Origin: Anaeromyxobacteraceae bacterium
Lineage (GTDB): Bacteria > Myxococcota > Myxococcia > Myxococcales > Anaeromyxobacteraceae
Assembly: GCA_032654565.1 (NCBI GenBank)
Contig: JAULAX010000015.1
Span: 1,056,001-1,120,000, forward strand
DNA length: 64,000 bases
Direction: 5' to 3'
The notes beneath the pieces were generated by a model. The model was not told the DNA's origin, did no database searches, and saw only the letters and a program-made list of their open reading frames with translations. Each line of letters opens with the position of its first letter. Within the stretch, counting starts at the first letter, position 1. A program made the position numbers and the translations under genes. Positions 49,828 through 62,625 of this stretch are shown piece after piece.

Positions 49828-51474
49828 TTACGGCAACCCCGGCCAGCCGCCGCCCTCGCGCCTGGGGGCCACGATCCGGACCGCCGCCAGCGCCCGGGTC
49901 AGCGCGATGTGCATGCGCACCGCGAACTGGTGCAGCGCCGGATCGACGTCGGCGATGATGATCACCGGCCGCTCCAGCCCCTTCCAGCGCAGGAAGGAGT
50001 CGGCCACCAGCCGCTCCTCCATGCCGTCGGCGTCGGCCGCCACGAACTCGTGGCGCCCCAGCCTGGCGGCGCGGTGCACGGCGTCCGGCCGCGACTGGCC
50101 GTGCAGCGAGACCACGCCGATGTCGCCGAGCTTGATCCCCTCGCTCCAGAGCCGCTCCACCTCGACGCCGACCCGGTCGGCCGCCTGGGCCGGGCCAGGG
50201 CAGTCCACCAGCACCAGCTCGCGGGAGGCCACCGCCCTGGCGATGACCGGCTCGTCCCCGTCACCGCCGCCCGCGCCTCCGCCAGCTCCCGCGCCGCCGG
50301 CGTAGCGCGCCGCCAGCGCCTCGATGCCGCTCGGCGAGCGCTGCCCGCGCTTGAGCAGGAAGGGCGGCCCGAAGAGATCGGCCGGCACCACCCGGTCGGT
50401 CCAGTAGCACTGCCCGGGATCCTGGAAGGCCCAGAGCCGCCGCCCGCGCGCCAGCCCCTCCACCAGCGCCCAGGCCTCGAAGGGGAAGTCCTGGGCCTCG
50501 TCGACGATCACCGCGTCCCAGCTGGGCGCGGCCAGGTCGCTGGCCCGCTCGAACCAGCCCTTCCAGTCGGCCTCCAGCGGCGGCTCGGCCGAGCGCCGCG
50601 GCCCGTCGGCCTGCTCGGCCAGGGTGCGGGCCAGGCCGCTCACCGTCTCCACCTGGATGCCGGTGCCGTCGAGCCGGGCGCGCAGCCACTTGGCCAGCGG
50701 CTGCGTCGAGCAGAGCAGCAGCACCCGCTGCCCGGCGTCGGCCTGCCGGCGCGCCGCCTCCACCGCCAGCAGCGTCTTGCCGGTGCCGGCCCCGCCCTGG
50801 ATCAGCGCCCGCTCCTGCCCGGCCAGCAGGTCGAGGGCGTCCAGCTGCCGCTCGTCGAGCGCCAGGGTCCGCTGCTTGGCCAGCTCCACCCGGGTGCCGA
50901 GCGCCAGCGGCTTCGACCAGGTCTCGCCCCAGAGCTGGTGGAGCCGCTTCATCCACTCGCCGCGCCCCGGCCGCGGCGGCGGCAGCGCCTTCTCCACCAC
51001 CGCCGGGAGCCACTGGTCGAGCCAGGCCAGGTGGTTGCGCCCCAGCACCACGCCGCGCAGGTCGTCCTGGCTGGGCTGCTCGTCGACGTCGCGGTCGGGG
51101 AAGGCCACCGCCGCGCCCCAGGCCGGCGCCTGGCAGCCCCACTGGTCGAGCCGCCGGTTGAGCCGGCCCAGGAACTTGAGCGCCTGGTCGAGCGGCGAGT
51201 GCTTGAGCGGCGCGTCGTTGGAGAACCAGCGGCCGTCGCGCTGCTCCACCTGGCCGCCCTTCACCTCCAGCACCAGCAGGCCCCGCTCGGGGTGGGCCAG
51301 CACGAAGTCGGTCTCCCCCAGCAGGTTCTTGTCGTCGCGGATGCGCAGCGAGTGCCAGGCGGTCCAGCCGGCCGGGAGCCCGGCCTTGAGCCGCGACCAG
51401 ACCAGCTTCTCCGCCTCCGAGGAGGTGGGGCGGGGGGCGTCGGAGGGGTGGAGCGTTCCGGTGGGGCGCGGCAC
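49828..51474 (-). CDS. NERD nuclease fused to superfamily I helicase
   Basis: 'ETDFV..LEVKGG' NERD; GGAGTGKT; DEAQD; KGLE; ALTRA. Confidence 0.88.
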   Translation of the reverse strand: MPRPTGTLHPSDAPRPTSSEAEKLVWSRLKAGLPAGWTAWHSLRIRDDKNLLGETDFVLAHPERGLLVLEVKGGQVEQRDGRWFSNDAPLKHSPLDQALKFLGRLNRRLDQWGCQAPAWGAAVAFPDRDVDEQPSQDDLRGVVLGRNHLAWLDQWLPAVVEKALPPPRPGRGEWMKRLHQLWGETWSKPLALGTRVELAKQRTLALDERQLDALDLLAGQERALIQGGAGTGKTLLAVEAARRQADAGQRVLLLCSTQPLAKWLRARLDGTGIQVETVSGLARTLAEQADGPRRSAEPPLEADWKGWFERASDLAAPSWDAVIVDEAQDFPFEAWALVEGLARGRRLWAFQDPGQCYWTDRVVPADLFGPPFLLKRGQRSPSGIEALAARYAGGAGAGGGAGGGDGDEPVIARAVASRELVLVDCPGPAQAADRVGVEVERLWSEGIKLGDIGVVSLHGQSRPDAVHRAARLGRHEFVAADADGMEERLVADSFLRWKGLERPVIIIADVDPALHQFAVRMHIALTRALAAVRIVAPRREGGGWPGLP

Positions 51475-51548
51475 CACGCCACTGTAGCCCGCCGACCGGC
51501 CGTCCGGGCGCCGTTGCGACCGCGCGCCACTCGCGATAAGCAGCACCC

Positions 51549-52019
51549 ATGACCACCTCACTCATCCGCGGTCTCGTCATCGGGTCGTTGCTGCTCTTCG
51601 CGCTGCCCCACCGGGCCGAGGGCAAGGCGCACGCCTGCACGCTGCTCAAGGCGGCCGATCTGGTCCCCCTCTTCGGCAAGCCGGTGGAGGGCAAGCCCAA
51701 CGGCGGCGCCTGCGCCTGGAAGCCGGCCGGTGCCAAGGTCCAGCTGGTGGCCGGCGCCACCAAGCAGAGCTCCAAGAACCCCGAGGCGGCCTTCGCCGGG
51801 GCCCGCCAGGCCATGGGCAAGGACCCCGACGTCAAGGTGACCGACGAGACCGGCATCGGCGAGAAGGCCTTCACCGCCCAGACCCCGGTCGGCGTCTCGC
51901 TGATCGCGCTCAAGGGCGGCCGGGTGCTCAACCTGATCTACTCGAAGGGGACGCCGGGCACGGCCGAGGAGGTCGCGGCGATGCGGCTGGTGGGCGCAAA
52001 GGCGCTGGCGGCCTTCTGA
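51549..52019 (+). CDS. Secreted hypothetical protein
   Basis: Signal peptide, 'ACTLL', second Cys, 'GIGEKAF'. Confidence 0.7.
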   Translation: MTTSLIRGLVIGSLLLFALPHRAEGKAHACTLLKAADLVPLFGKPVEGKPNGGACAWKPAGAKVQLVAGATKQSSKNPEAAFAGARQAMGKDPDVKVTDETGIGEKAFTAQTPVGVSLIALKGGRVLNLIYSKGTPGTAEEVAAMRLVGAKALAAF

Positions 52020-54148
52020 GCGCGCCGGCCGTCCGGTCCCTGGCGCGGTTCGTCGCGCTCTGGCTCCCTGTCGCGGCGGCGGCGATCGGTCCGGCCGCGC
52101 CGACCGCCACGCCGACCGCCACGCCGACCGCCACGCCGACCGCCCCGGCGGCGTCGGGCCCGTCCGCACCGGCCCCGAAGCGGCTGGTGACGCTGGACGA
52201 CCTGGCCCGGGTCCGCGAGCTGGGCGATCCGCGCCTCTCGCCGGACGGCGCCTGGGTGGCCTACACCGTCGCCACCCAGGACCTCCCGCACGACGTCAGC
52301 CAGTCGGACCTGTGGATGACCAGCTGGGACGGCGCCACCACCGTCCAGCTGACCAGCACCGCCAAGGACTCGGAGACCAGCCCGCGCTGGAGCCCGGACG
52401 GCAGGTACCTGGCCTTCCTCTCCAGCCGCGGCGACGAGAACGAGGTCGACCAGCTCTGGCTGCTGCCGCGCGCCGGGGGGGAGGCGCAGCGGCTCACCGA
52501 GCTCAAGGCCGGCGTGGCCGACTACGCCTGGTCGCCGGACGGGGCGCGGCTGGTGCTGGTGGTGAAGGACGAGGCGGCGCAGGGCGCCGCGGCCACCGCC
52601 GAGGGGGGCAAGGAGAAGACCCCGCCGCCCATCGTCCTCGACCGGTACGACTTCAAGCAGGACGTCACCGGCTACCTGGCGCGCCGGCGCCACCACCTGG
52701 CGCTCCTCGACCTGGCCTCCCGCGCCAGCCAGCCGCTCACCCGCGGCGACCAGGACGACCTGAGCCCGACCTGGTCCCCGGACGGGCGCGCCATCGCCTT
52801 CCTGCGCAAGCCGGGGCCGGGCGGCGATCGCTCCAACAGCTGGGAGGTGCACGTGGTCGAGGCCCGCCCCGGCGCCGAGCCGCGGCAGCTCACCCGCTTC
52901 GAGGGGAACGAGAACAACCCCGGCGGCGAGGGCGGGACCAACCCGATCGCCTGGAGCCCGGACGGCCGCCAGCTCGCCTTCCTGCAGGGCGGGCCGCCGC
53001 GGCTGGTCTACTACTCGCCCACCCGGGTGGCCACGGTCCCGGCGGCGGGCGGGCCGGTGCGCCTGCTCACCGCCGAGCTCGACCGCTGGGTGTCGGCGCC
53101 GGCCTGGGCGCCGGACGGCGCCTCGGTCTACGCCCTGGTCGAGGAGAGCCGGGCCCAGCGGCTGGTGCGGATCCCGGCCGCGGGCGGCCGCCCCGAGCCG
53201 GTGCTGGAGGGGCGCCGGTCGATCGCGGCCTTCGACGTCGGCCCGGCCGGCAGGATCGTGGCGCTGGCCGCCACGACCTCGACCTTCCCCGAGGTCTTCG
53301 CGGTGGAGGGCGGGGCGACCCGGCCGCTGTCGCGCCAGAACGACGCCCTGCTCTCCGAGCTCCGGCTCGGCGCCATGGAGGAGACCAGCTTCAAGAGCCG
53401 GGACGGCACCGTCATCCACGGCTTCATGGTGAAGCCGCCCGACTTCCGCGCCGGGCAGCGCTACCCGACCGTGCTGCGGCTGCACGGCGGCCCGGTCGGG
53501 CAGTACTCCTGCCGCCTCGACCTGGCCGGCGACGCCGGCGGGCAGCTGCTGGCGGCGGCCGGCTACGTGGTGCTGCTGCCCAACCCGCGCGGCAGCCTGG
53601 GGCGGGGCGGGGCCTTCGCCGCCGCCATCCGCGCCGACTGGGGGCAGAAGGACGTCGAGGACGTGCTGGCCGCGGTGGACGACGCCGTGGCCCGCGGCGT
53701 GGCCGATCCCGCCCGGCTCGGCGTCGGCGGCTGGAGCTACGGGGCCATCCTCACCAACTACGTGATCGCCCGGGACACCCGCTTCAAGGCCGCCACCAGC
53801 GGCGCCGGCATGAGCAACATGCTGGCCGGCTACGGCACCGACATGTACATCCGCGAGTGGGAGGCCGAGGTGGGGACGCCGTGGAGCGCCACCGCCACCT
53901 ACCTCAAGCTCTCCGCCCCGTTCCTGCACGCCGACCGGATCGTCACGCCCACCCTCTTCCTGGGCGGCGAGAGGGACTTCAACGTCCCCCTCCTGGGCAG
54001 CGAGCAGATGTACCAGGCGCTGCGCAGCCTGGGGCGGGACACCCGGCTGGTGATCTACCCCGGCCAGTTCCACGGCCTCGACAAGCCGAGCTACCTCCTC
54101 GACCGGGAGCGGCGCTACCGGGAGTGGTACGACCAGTACCTGAAGTGA
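52016..54148 (+). CDS. S9 family (acylaminoacyl/dipeptidyl) peptidase; start uncertain (CTG 52016 or GTG 52187)
   Basis: WSPDG propeller repeats, HGGP, GWSYG, D and H of the triad. Confidence 0.9.
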   Translation: MSAPAVRSLARFVALWLPVAAAAIGPAAPTATPTATPTATPTAPAASGPSAPAPKRLVTLDDLARVRELGDPRLSPDGAWVAYTVATQDLPHDVSQSDLWMTSWDGATTVQLTSTAKDSETSPRWSPDGRYLAFLSSRGDENEVDQLWLLPRAGGEAQRLTELKAGVADYAWSPDGARLVLVVKDEAAQGAAATAEGGKEKTPPPIVLDRYDFKQDVTGYLARRRHHLALLDLASRASQPLTRGDQDDLSPTWSPDGRAIAFLRKPGPGGDRSNSWEVHVVEARPGAEPRQLTRFEGNENNPGGEGGTNPIAWSPDGRQLAFLQGGPPRLVYYSPTRVATVPAAGGPVRLLTAELDRWVSAPAWAPDGASVYALVEESRAQRLVRIPAAGGRPEPVLEGRRSIAAFDVGPAGRIVALAATTSTFPEVFAVEGGATRPLSRQNDALLSELRLGAMEETSFKSRDGTVIHGFMVKPPDFRAGQRYPTVLRLHGGPVGQYSCRLDLAGDAGGQLLAAAGYVVLLPNPRGSLGRGGAFAAAIRADWGQKDVEDVLAAVDDAVARGVADPARLGVGGWSYGAILTNYVIARDTRFKAATSGAGMSNMLAGYGTDMYIREWEAEVGTPWSATATYLKLSAPFLHADRIVTPTLFLGGERDFNVPLLGSEQMYQALRSLGRDTRLVIYPGQFHGLDKPSYLLDRERRYREWYDQYLK

Positions 54149-54161
54149 AGGAGCCCCGCCG

Positions 54162-56105
<1,944 letters not shown>

Positions 56106-56237
56106 GACGTGTCCCCCCTGAGGCTGCCGCACGGCGAGAGTACGGGGAGAGCCGCCCGGCCCGCAAATGAAGGACGATCTCTCCGGTGGGCCCGAAAGGG
56201 GCGCCAGCGAGGGGCGTCCAGAGACTAGACTCGCGGC

Positions 56238-57014
56238 GTGCCGCCCCCGCCGCCGGTCACGCCGGCCGACCTGCTCGACCACCCGCTCATCGCCGAGCGC
56301 TACTTCTTCCCCCGCGGGGGAGCGCCGCGCTCCCGGCTCGACGTCGACGTCGGCGATGCGGTGCTGGCCTGCGGGCTCCACCGCGCCGACCCCGGCGGCC
56401 ACACCGTGGTCCACTTCCACGGCAACGGCGAGGTGGTGGCCGACTGGCAGGACGGGCTCGACGAGGCGCTGGCGGGGATGGGCTGGGACCTGCTGCTGGC
56501 CGAGTACCGCGGCTACGGCGGCTCCACCGGCGAGCCCCTGCTGGGGCGGATGCTCGACGACGTGGCGGCGGTGCTGCGCGCCGCCGGGCCGCCGGAGAAG
56601 CTGGTGGTCTTCGGCCGGTCGGTCGGCTCGCTCTTCGCGCTGGAGGCGGTGGCCCGCCTCCCGGGCGTGGCCGGGCTGATCCTGGAGAGCGCCATCGCCG
56701 ACCCGCTGGAGCGGCTGCTGCTGCGGGTGGACCCGCGCGAGCTGGGCGTGAGCGCCGCCGAGTTCGAGGCGGCGGTGGCGGCGCGGCTCGACCACCGGGC
56801 CAAGCTGGGTGGCTACCGGGGGCCGGTGCTGCTGCTCCACACCCGCCACGACGGGCTGGTGGACGTGAGCCACGCCGAGCGGCTGGCGGCGTGGGCGGCG
56901 GGGCCGGTCACGCTCCGCGTCTTCGAGGAGGGCGACCACAACTCGATCCTCGCCGAGAACGCGCCGGCCTACCTGGGGGAGGTCGAGCGCTTCCTGGCCA
57001 GGGTGCGGGGCTGA
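56238..57014 (+). CDS. Alpha/beta hydrolase
   Basis: HFHGNGE, EYRGYGGS, GRSVG, GDHN. Confidence 0.9.
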   Translation: MPPPPPVTPADLLDHPLIAERYFFPRGGAPRSRLDVDVGDAVLACGLHRADPGGHTVVHFHGNGEVVADWQDGLDEALAGMGWDLLLAEYRGYGGSTGEPLLGRMLDDVAAVLRAAGPPEKLVVFGRSVGSLFALEAVARLPGVAGLILESAIADPLERLLLRVDPRELGVSAAEFEAAVAARLDHRAKLGGYRGPVLLLHTRHDGLVDVSHAERLAAWAAGPVTLRVFEEGDHNSILAENAPAYLGEVERFLARVRG

Positions 57015-57023
57015 GCGGCTGGA

Positions 57024-59294
57024 CTAGACCATCGCGGCCGGGGCCGGCCGCTCCAGGACCCGGGTCACCAGCGCCGCCCGGTCGAGGGCCAGCAGCCCCT
57101 TGAGCTGGTCGGCGTCCACGTCGGCGACGATGATCTCGCCGACCTCGACGTTGACCAGCCGGTAGAGCCCCTGCTTCTTCATGGCCTCGGCCTGGCGCTG
57201 GTTGTCGTCGGTGGGGGAGACGTAGTGCACCGAGTAGATCTTGTAGCGGTGCATGAGGAAGAGCTGCAGCAGGGTGAGCAGCCGCTTCTGGCGGAGCGCC
57301 AGGTCGAAGTTGTTCTGGTCGCGGACCGAGAGGATGTTGCGCCCCTTGCGGTCCTGGATCACCGCGAAGATGACGTTGGCCTTGACCTGCCCGGCCGGGT
57401 CGAGCAGCGAGAGCTCGAGCAGGTCGGAGCCGGCGGTGCGCGGCTTGAGCGAGACCTTGAGCTTCCCGGCCACGCCGTGCCGGGCCCGCCACAGGTCGAT
57501 CCAGTCCTCGAGCAGCCGCGGCGGCACCTCGGTCTGCACCAGGTGCTGGTGCTGGGTGGAGCCCTGGCCCATGGCCTTGGTGGTGGAGGTGCGGCCGGAG
57601 ATGGCCATCAGGCCGGCGTCGGCGCGCGGGCCGCCCACCAGCGTCTGCGGGGTGCGGTAGCCGGACTCGATGAGGCGGAACTTCCGCTGCAGCCTGGCCA
57701 GCGCCAGCATGCCGTCCTCGCGCAGCGAGGCGGCGAACTCCTCGGAGGCCAGGCCGTCGATCTGGTGGCCGCCGTAGGTGATGAAGTTGAAGACGAAGCC
57801 CATCTTCCCCAGCTCCACCGGGAAGGCCCGCATCTGCTCGTCGTTCATGCCGGTGGTGTCCCAGTTGAACGAGGGGGAGAGGTTGTAGGCCAGCATCTTG
57901 CCCGGCCAGGCCAGGTGGATGGCGTCGGCGAACCGCTTGGCGTCGTGCAGGTCGGCGGTCTTGGTCTCCATCCAGAGCAGGTCGGCGAAGGGGGCGGCCG
58001 CCAGCGACTTGGCGATGGCGTAGTCGATGCCGCCGCGCACCTGGTAGTAGCCGTCCGGGGTCTTGGCGTGCTCGCAGTCCCAGGTGATGTCGACGCCGAT
58101 GGCGTGGGCCCTGGCGCGGGCCTGGAAGAACGGGGCCCGGGCGGCGAAGGCCAGCCACTGCTCGCGGGTCATGGGCGGCGGGTCGCCCTCCTGGTGGCGG
58201 AAGGCGATGACGTCGCCGACCGCCTCGGCGTAGGTGGTGACGCCGGCCTCCTGCTGCCAGGCGTCGACGAACCGGTCGAAGACCTTGTCGAGCGCGGCGT
58301 CGACGCCGAGGGCGCCGGCCCGGTGCTCGGCGGCGGCGGCGGTGATGGCGGCGAGGAAGCCGGCCTTCCCCAGCCAGGCGTCGGCGGCGGCGTACTCGTC
58401 GTCGCCGAGCGCGTAGAACCGGTGGCCGGAGAGCTCCTCGACGCCGGCCCGCTGGAACTGGCGGAGGATGGCGAGGAAGGCGGCCTTGAAGCTGGGCAGC
58501 GAGAGGTTGACGGCGCCGAGGATGAAGGGCTGGTCGCGGTCGTCGCCGCGGCCGTCGAGCAGGGTGGCCGACTCGGCGTCGGTGCGGGCCACGATGATCC
58601 CGGGCACGCCCATGATGTCGAGCTGGAAGCGGGCCGCCGAGAGCCGCTTGACCTGCTCGTCCTCGGAGACCAGCACCTTGCCCCCCTGGTGGCCGCACTT
58701 CTTCACGCCCGGCTTCTGGTCCTCGATGTGGTAGCCGGGCACGCCCACCTCCACGAAGCGGCGGATCAGGTTGCGGACGTGGGCGTCGCCGCCGTGGCCG
58801 GTGTCGGCGTCGGCGATGATGAAGGGGCGGTAGTCGATCTCCGGCGTGGACCGGCGCTGCTCCTCGCTCATGCGGCAGCGGGCGAAGAACTGGTTCTTGT
58901 CGGCGGTGAGCAGGGCCCGGACGATGGGGGCCGCCTCGTCGGGCACCTGGCTGAGCGGGTAGCTGGCCAGGTCCGGGCCGGGGTCCTCGTGGGCCGAGCC
59001 CTTGGCGGAGGTGGCCCAGCCGCCCAGGTAGATGCCCTCGATCCCCATCCGCTTCATGGCCACCGCCTGGCCGGGCGAGTAAGGGCCGAAGGTGGTGATC
59101 GACCTGCCCTGCTCGCGCAGCTGGCGGAGCCGGTCGAAGAAGGCCTCGGCGGCCCCCCGGGCCACGGTGTAGTCGGGGCGGATGGTGCCGCGCTGCTCCA
59201 CCACCTCGCGCGCCGAGTGGACCCGGGTGAGGCCCTCGAACCGCGGGCTCGTGAACCACTGGCGGACCTGCTCGACTTCCTGTTCGAAGTCCAT
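57024..59294 (-). CDS. aceA: Isocitrate lyase, long ICL2 type with C-terminal extension
   Basis: [27 protein letters not shown]; 756 aa. Confidence 0.93.
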   Translation of the reverse strand: MDFEQEVEQVRQWFTSPRFEGLTRVHSAREVVEQRGTIRPDYTVARGAAEAFFDRLRQLREQGRSITTFGPYSPGQAVAMKRMGIEGIYLGGWATSAKGSAHEDPGPDLASYPLSQVPDEAAPIVRALLTADKNQFFARCRMSEEQRRSTPEIDYRPFIIADADTGHGGDAHVRNLIRRFVEVGVPGYHIEDQKPGVKKCGHQGGKVLVSEDEQVKRLSAARFQLDIMGVPGIIVARTDAESATLLDGRGDDRDQPFILGAVNLSLPSFKAAFLAILRQFQRAGVEELSGHRFYALGDDEYAAADAWLGKAGFLAAITAAAAEHRAGALGVDAALDKVFDRFVDAWQQEAGVTTYAEAVGDVIAFRHQEGDPPPMTREQWLAFAARAPFFQARARAHAIGVDITWDCEHAKTPDGYYQVRGGIDYAIAKSLAAAPFADLLWMETKTADLHDAKRFADAIHLAWPGKMLAYNLSPSFNWDTTGMNDEQMRAFPVELGKMGFVFNFITYGGHQIDGLASEEFAASLREDGMLALARLQRKFRLIESGYRTPQTLVGGPRADAGLMAISGRTSTTKAMGQGSTQHQHLVQTEVPPRLLEDWIDLWRARHGVAGKLKVSLKPRTAGSDLLELSLLDPAGQVKANVIFAVIQDRKGRNILSVRDQNNFDLALRQKRLLTLLQLFLMHRYKIYSVHYVSPTDDNQRQAEAMKKQGLYRLVNVEVGEIIVADVDADQLKGLLALDRAALVTRVLERPAPAAMV

Positions 59295-59430
59295 GGAGGA
59301 TCTCCCGGTTGAACGATCGTTCCTAATCGGGGGGCCGGGCGCTGTCCTTCCAATCTTGGACGGCGACCCCCGGCCGGGGGCTCCCGCCCACCCCCGGCCG
59401 CCCTGTCCGTCCCGCCAGTACCTTCGGCGC

Positions 59431-60495
59431 ATGGACGCTCCGCTCCCCTACGGCCTGTCATCCCGCGCCTCCTTCCGCGGCTGCCTGCTCGGCGGCGCCA
59501 TCGGCGACGCCCTCGGCGCACCGGTCGAGTTCGACCACCTCGCCGTCATCCGGCGGCGCCACGGCCCGGCCGGGGTGACCGGCTACCCGGGGCCGGACGG
59601 CCGGGGGGCCATCACCGACGACACCCAGCTGACGCTCTTCACCGCCGAGGGGCTGATCCGGGCCGACAACCGGCTGCGGGGGAGGGGGATCGCCTCGGTG
59701 GAGGCGGTGGTGCACGGCGCCTACCGGCGCTGGCTCCGGACCCAGGGGCGCGGCGGGGACGAGCCCGACCCGTACGACGGCTGGCTGGTGGGGCTGCCGG
59801 GGCTGAACGTCCGGCGCGCCCCCGGGGCCACCTGCCTGGCGGCGCTGGAGTCCGGGACGCGGGGGACGCGCGAGGCGCCGATCAACAACTCGAAGGGCTG
59901 CGGCGCGGTGATGCGGATGGCGCCGGTGGGGCTGGTGGCCGAGGAGCCGTTCGAGCTGGGCGGTGAGCTGGGGGCGCTCACCCACGGCCACCCGACCGGC
60001 TGGCTGGCGGCGGCCTGCTTCGCCGAGCTGGTCGGCAGGCTGGTGCGCGGCGAGTCGATCCAGGAGGCGGCCCACTTCGCCCAGGATTCGCTGCGCCGGG
60101 TGCCCGGCCACGAGGAGACGCTGCGGGCGGTGCAGCGGGCCGTCGCCCTGGCCGCGGAGGGATCGCCCTCGGCGGAGCGGGTGGAGTCGCTCGGCCGCGG
60201 CTGGGTGGCCGAGGAGGCGCTGGCCATCGGCCTCTACGCGGCGCTGGTGGCCCGGGACTTCGCCCACGGGGTGCTGCTGGCGGTCAACCACTCGGGCGAC
60301 AGCGACAGCACCGGGAGCATCGCCGGCAACCTGCTCGGCCTGGAGCACGGCGAGGGGGCGCTGCCGGCGGCCTGGGTGGCCGGGCTGGAGCTGGCCGAGG
60401 TGATCGGCACCGTCGGCGACGACCTCTGGGAGGTGCGCTTCGGGCGGCGCGAGGTGGAGGAGGGCTGGGCGGTGGACCGCTACCCGGGGGTGTAG
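59431..60495 (+). CDS. ADP-ribosylglycohydrolase family protein
   Basis: [30 protein letters not shown]. Confidence 0.92.
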   Translation: MDAPLPYGLSSRASFRGCLLGGAIGDALGAPVEFDHLAVIRRRHGPAGVTGYPGPDGRGAITDDTQLTLFTAEGLIRADNRLRGRGIASVEAVVHGAYRRWLRTQGRGGDEPDPYDGWLVGLPGLNVRRAPGATCLAALESGTRGTREAPINNSKGCGAVMRMAPVGLVAEEPFELGGELGALTHGHPTGWLAAACFAELVGRLVRGESIQEAAHFAQDSLRRVPGHEETLRAVQRAVALAAEGSPSAERVESLGRGWVAEEALAIGLYAALVARDFAHGVLLAVNHSGDSDSTGSIAGNLLGLEHGEGALPAAWVAGLELAEVIGTVGDDLWEVRFGRREVEEGWAVDRYPGV

Positions 60496-60526
60496 GGGTT
60501 CGACAGGGCGGGGGAAGCGGGCCTGT

Positions 60527-61567
60527 TCAGGCCGCGGGCACGGCCGGCTCCCCGGCGGCGCGGCGCAGCAGCCGGACCAGGGCCTCGACCCAGGCATCGC
60601 TGGCGTTGAGCGAGGGGACCAGGGCGACCCGCTCGCCGCCGGCCGCGGCGAACTGGTGCTGGGCGCGGAGGCCGATCTCCTCCAGCGTCTCGAGGCAGTC
60701 GGCCACGAAGGCGGGGCAGAAGACCACCAGCCGCTTCTTCCCCTCGCGCGCCAGCTCCTCGAGCCGCAGGTCGGTGTAGGGCTTGATCCAGGGGGTGCGC
60801 CCCAGGCGCGACTGGAAGCAGACGCTCCAGCGTCCGGGCTGGAGCTCGAGCCGGGCCGCCAGGGCCCGCGCCGTGGCGAAGCACTGGGCCCGGTAGCAGT
60901 CGCGGTTGGCCGTCCCCACCGCGTCGCAGCAGCCGGCGGACTGGAGGCAGTGGCGCCCCGAGTGGTCGGCCGCCTTGACGTGGCGCTCCGGAAGGCCGTG
61001 GAAGCTGAAGAGGACGTGGTCCGGCTGCTCGCGCGCCAGCACCGGCGCGCCCACCGCGGCGAAGGCGGCGATGAACCCGGGGTCGTCGTAGAAGGGAGGC
61101 AGCACCGAGACCGGCGGCACCACGTGCGAGCGGGCCAGGGCCGCGAAGACGGCCTCCAGCGAGGAGCCGGTCGCCGCCGAGGAGTACTGCGGGTAGAGGG
61201 GCGCCACCACCAGCCGGCTCGCGCCGCCCGACTGGAGGCGGGCCAGCGCCTCGGCGATGCTCGGGCGCCCGTAGCGCATCGCCAGCTCGACGAGGTGGCC
61301 GGGCCCGAGCGCCTCGCGGACCTTGCCCTCCAGCGCGCGCGAGAAGGTGAGCAGCGGCGAGCCCTCGTCAGTCCAGACCTTGGCGTAGGCGGCGGCGCTG
61401 GTCCTGGGCCGCGTCGGCAGGATCACCAGCTCGAGCAGGAGCTTCCGGGCCACCGGGTGGATGTCGATGACCCGCGGGTCGGAGAGGAACTCGCGCAGGT
61501 AGCGGCGCACCGCGGGCGGCGTGGGGGCCTCGGGGGTGCCGAGGTTGAGCAGCAGGATGCCGAGCAT
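60527..61567 (-). CDS. hemH: Ferrochelatase with internal Cys-rich insert
   Basis: LLNLGTP, PLYPQYS, FSFHGLP, FQSR, DCLETLEEI. Confidence 0.95.
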   Translation of the reverse strand: MLGILLLNLGTPEAPTPPAVRRYLREFLSDPRVIDIHPVARKLLLELVILPTRPRTSAAAYAKVWTDEGSPLLTFSRALEGKVREALGPGHLVELAMRYGRPSIAEALARLQSGGASRLVVAPLYPQYSSAATGSSLEAVFAALARSHVVPPVSVLPPFYDDPGFIAAFAAVGAPVLAREQPDHVLFSFHGLPERHVKAADHSGRHCLQSAGCCDAVGTANRDCYRAQCFATARALAARLELQPGRWSVCFQSRLGRTPWIKPYTDLRLEELAREGKKRLVVFCPAFVADCLETLEEIGLRAQHQFAAAGGERVALVPSLNASDAWVEALVRLLRRAAGEPAVPAA

Positions 61568-61716
61568 GGGGCCAACCACTAACGGGCCGACGGGCGGGCT
61601 GCAAGCGCACGCTGACCCCAGGGAGACCCGTCCAGGGGCCACATTGGGGATGGCGGGGTGGCGCGCCTCGAGTCATCAGCACCCGGTGCCGTGGCTTCGG
61701 CCCGAGGAGCGCCCAG

Positions 61717-62547
61717 ATGACGAACGCCGCCAGGAGCATCGGTCACGCCGCCGCGTTCACCGGCTCCGTCGCCGATCTCTACGACAGCCTGATGGTCCCC
61801 ATGATCTTCGAGCCCTACGCCGGCGACCTGGCCGGCCGTGTCGCCGCGCACCGGCCCACCCGTGTGCTCGAGATCGCCGCCGGCACTGGCGTGGTCACCC
61901 GCGCGCTGGCGCGGGCCTTGCCGGCGAACGTCGAGCTGGTGGCGACCGATCTCAACCAGCCGATGCTGGACCGGGCCGCCGCGGTGGGCACGGCGCGGCC
62001 GGTGCAGTGGAGGCAGGCCGACGCCATGCAGCTCCCGTTCCCCGACCGGAGCTTCGACGCGGTCGCCTGCCAGTTCGGGGTGATGTTCTTCCCCGACAAG
62101 GTCCGCGCCTTCTCCGAGGTCCGGCGCGTGCTCCGGCCCGGCGGCGCCCTGGTGTTCAACACCTGGGACCGGCTCGAGGTGAACGAGTTCGCCCACGCGG
62201 TCACCGAGGCGCTCGCACTCCACTTCCCTTCGGACCCTCCCCGGTTCATGGCGCGCACCCCGCACGGCTACTTCGACCCGGACGCCATCTCCACCCACCT
62301 GGCGGGCGCGGGCTTCAAGGCGAGCCCGGTGGTCGAGACCAGGGCCGAGCGCAGCCGCGCGCCGGAGGCGGGCGTGGCGGCCATCGCCTACTGCCAGGGG
62401 ACGCCGATGAGGGGCGAGATCGAGGCTCGCTCGAGCGACGGCCTGGAGGCTGCGACCGAGGCGTGCCGCGCGGCCATCGCCGCCCGCTTCGGCGCCGGGC
62501 CGATCGAGGGACGGATCCAGGCGCACGTGGTCACCGTCCCGGCGTGA
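61717..62547 (+). CDS. Class I SAM-dependent methyltransferase
   Basis: VLEIAAGTG, ADAMQLPFPDRSFD, CQFGVMFF. Confidence 0.92.
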   Translation: MTNAARSIGHAAAFTGSVADLYDSLMVPMIFEPYAGDLAGRVAAHRPTRVLEIAAGTGVVTRALARALPANVELVATDLNQPMLDRAAAVGTARPVQWRQADAMQLPFPDRSFDAVACQFGVMFFPDKVRAFSEVRRVLRPGGALVFNTWDRLEVNEFAHAVTEALALHFPSDPPRFMARTPHGYFDPDAISTHLAGAGFKASPVVETRAERSRAPEAGVAAIAYCQGTPMRGEIEARSSDGLEAATEACRAAIAARFGAGPIEGRIQAHVVTVPA

Positions 62548-62625
62548 GGAAGGGCCCCCCGGCAGGCGAAGCACGCCGTGTACCCCACGGGGCGGCCGCG
62601 GTCGGGACACGCTAGGCTCCCCGTC

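Noticed and set aside
44400..51500. Prophage or integrative element
   Set aside because: No integrase, transposase, tRNA or flanking direct repeats recognised
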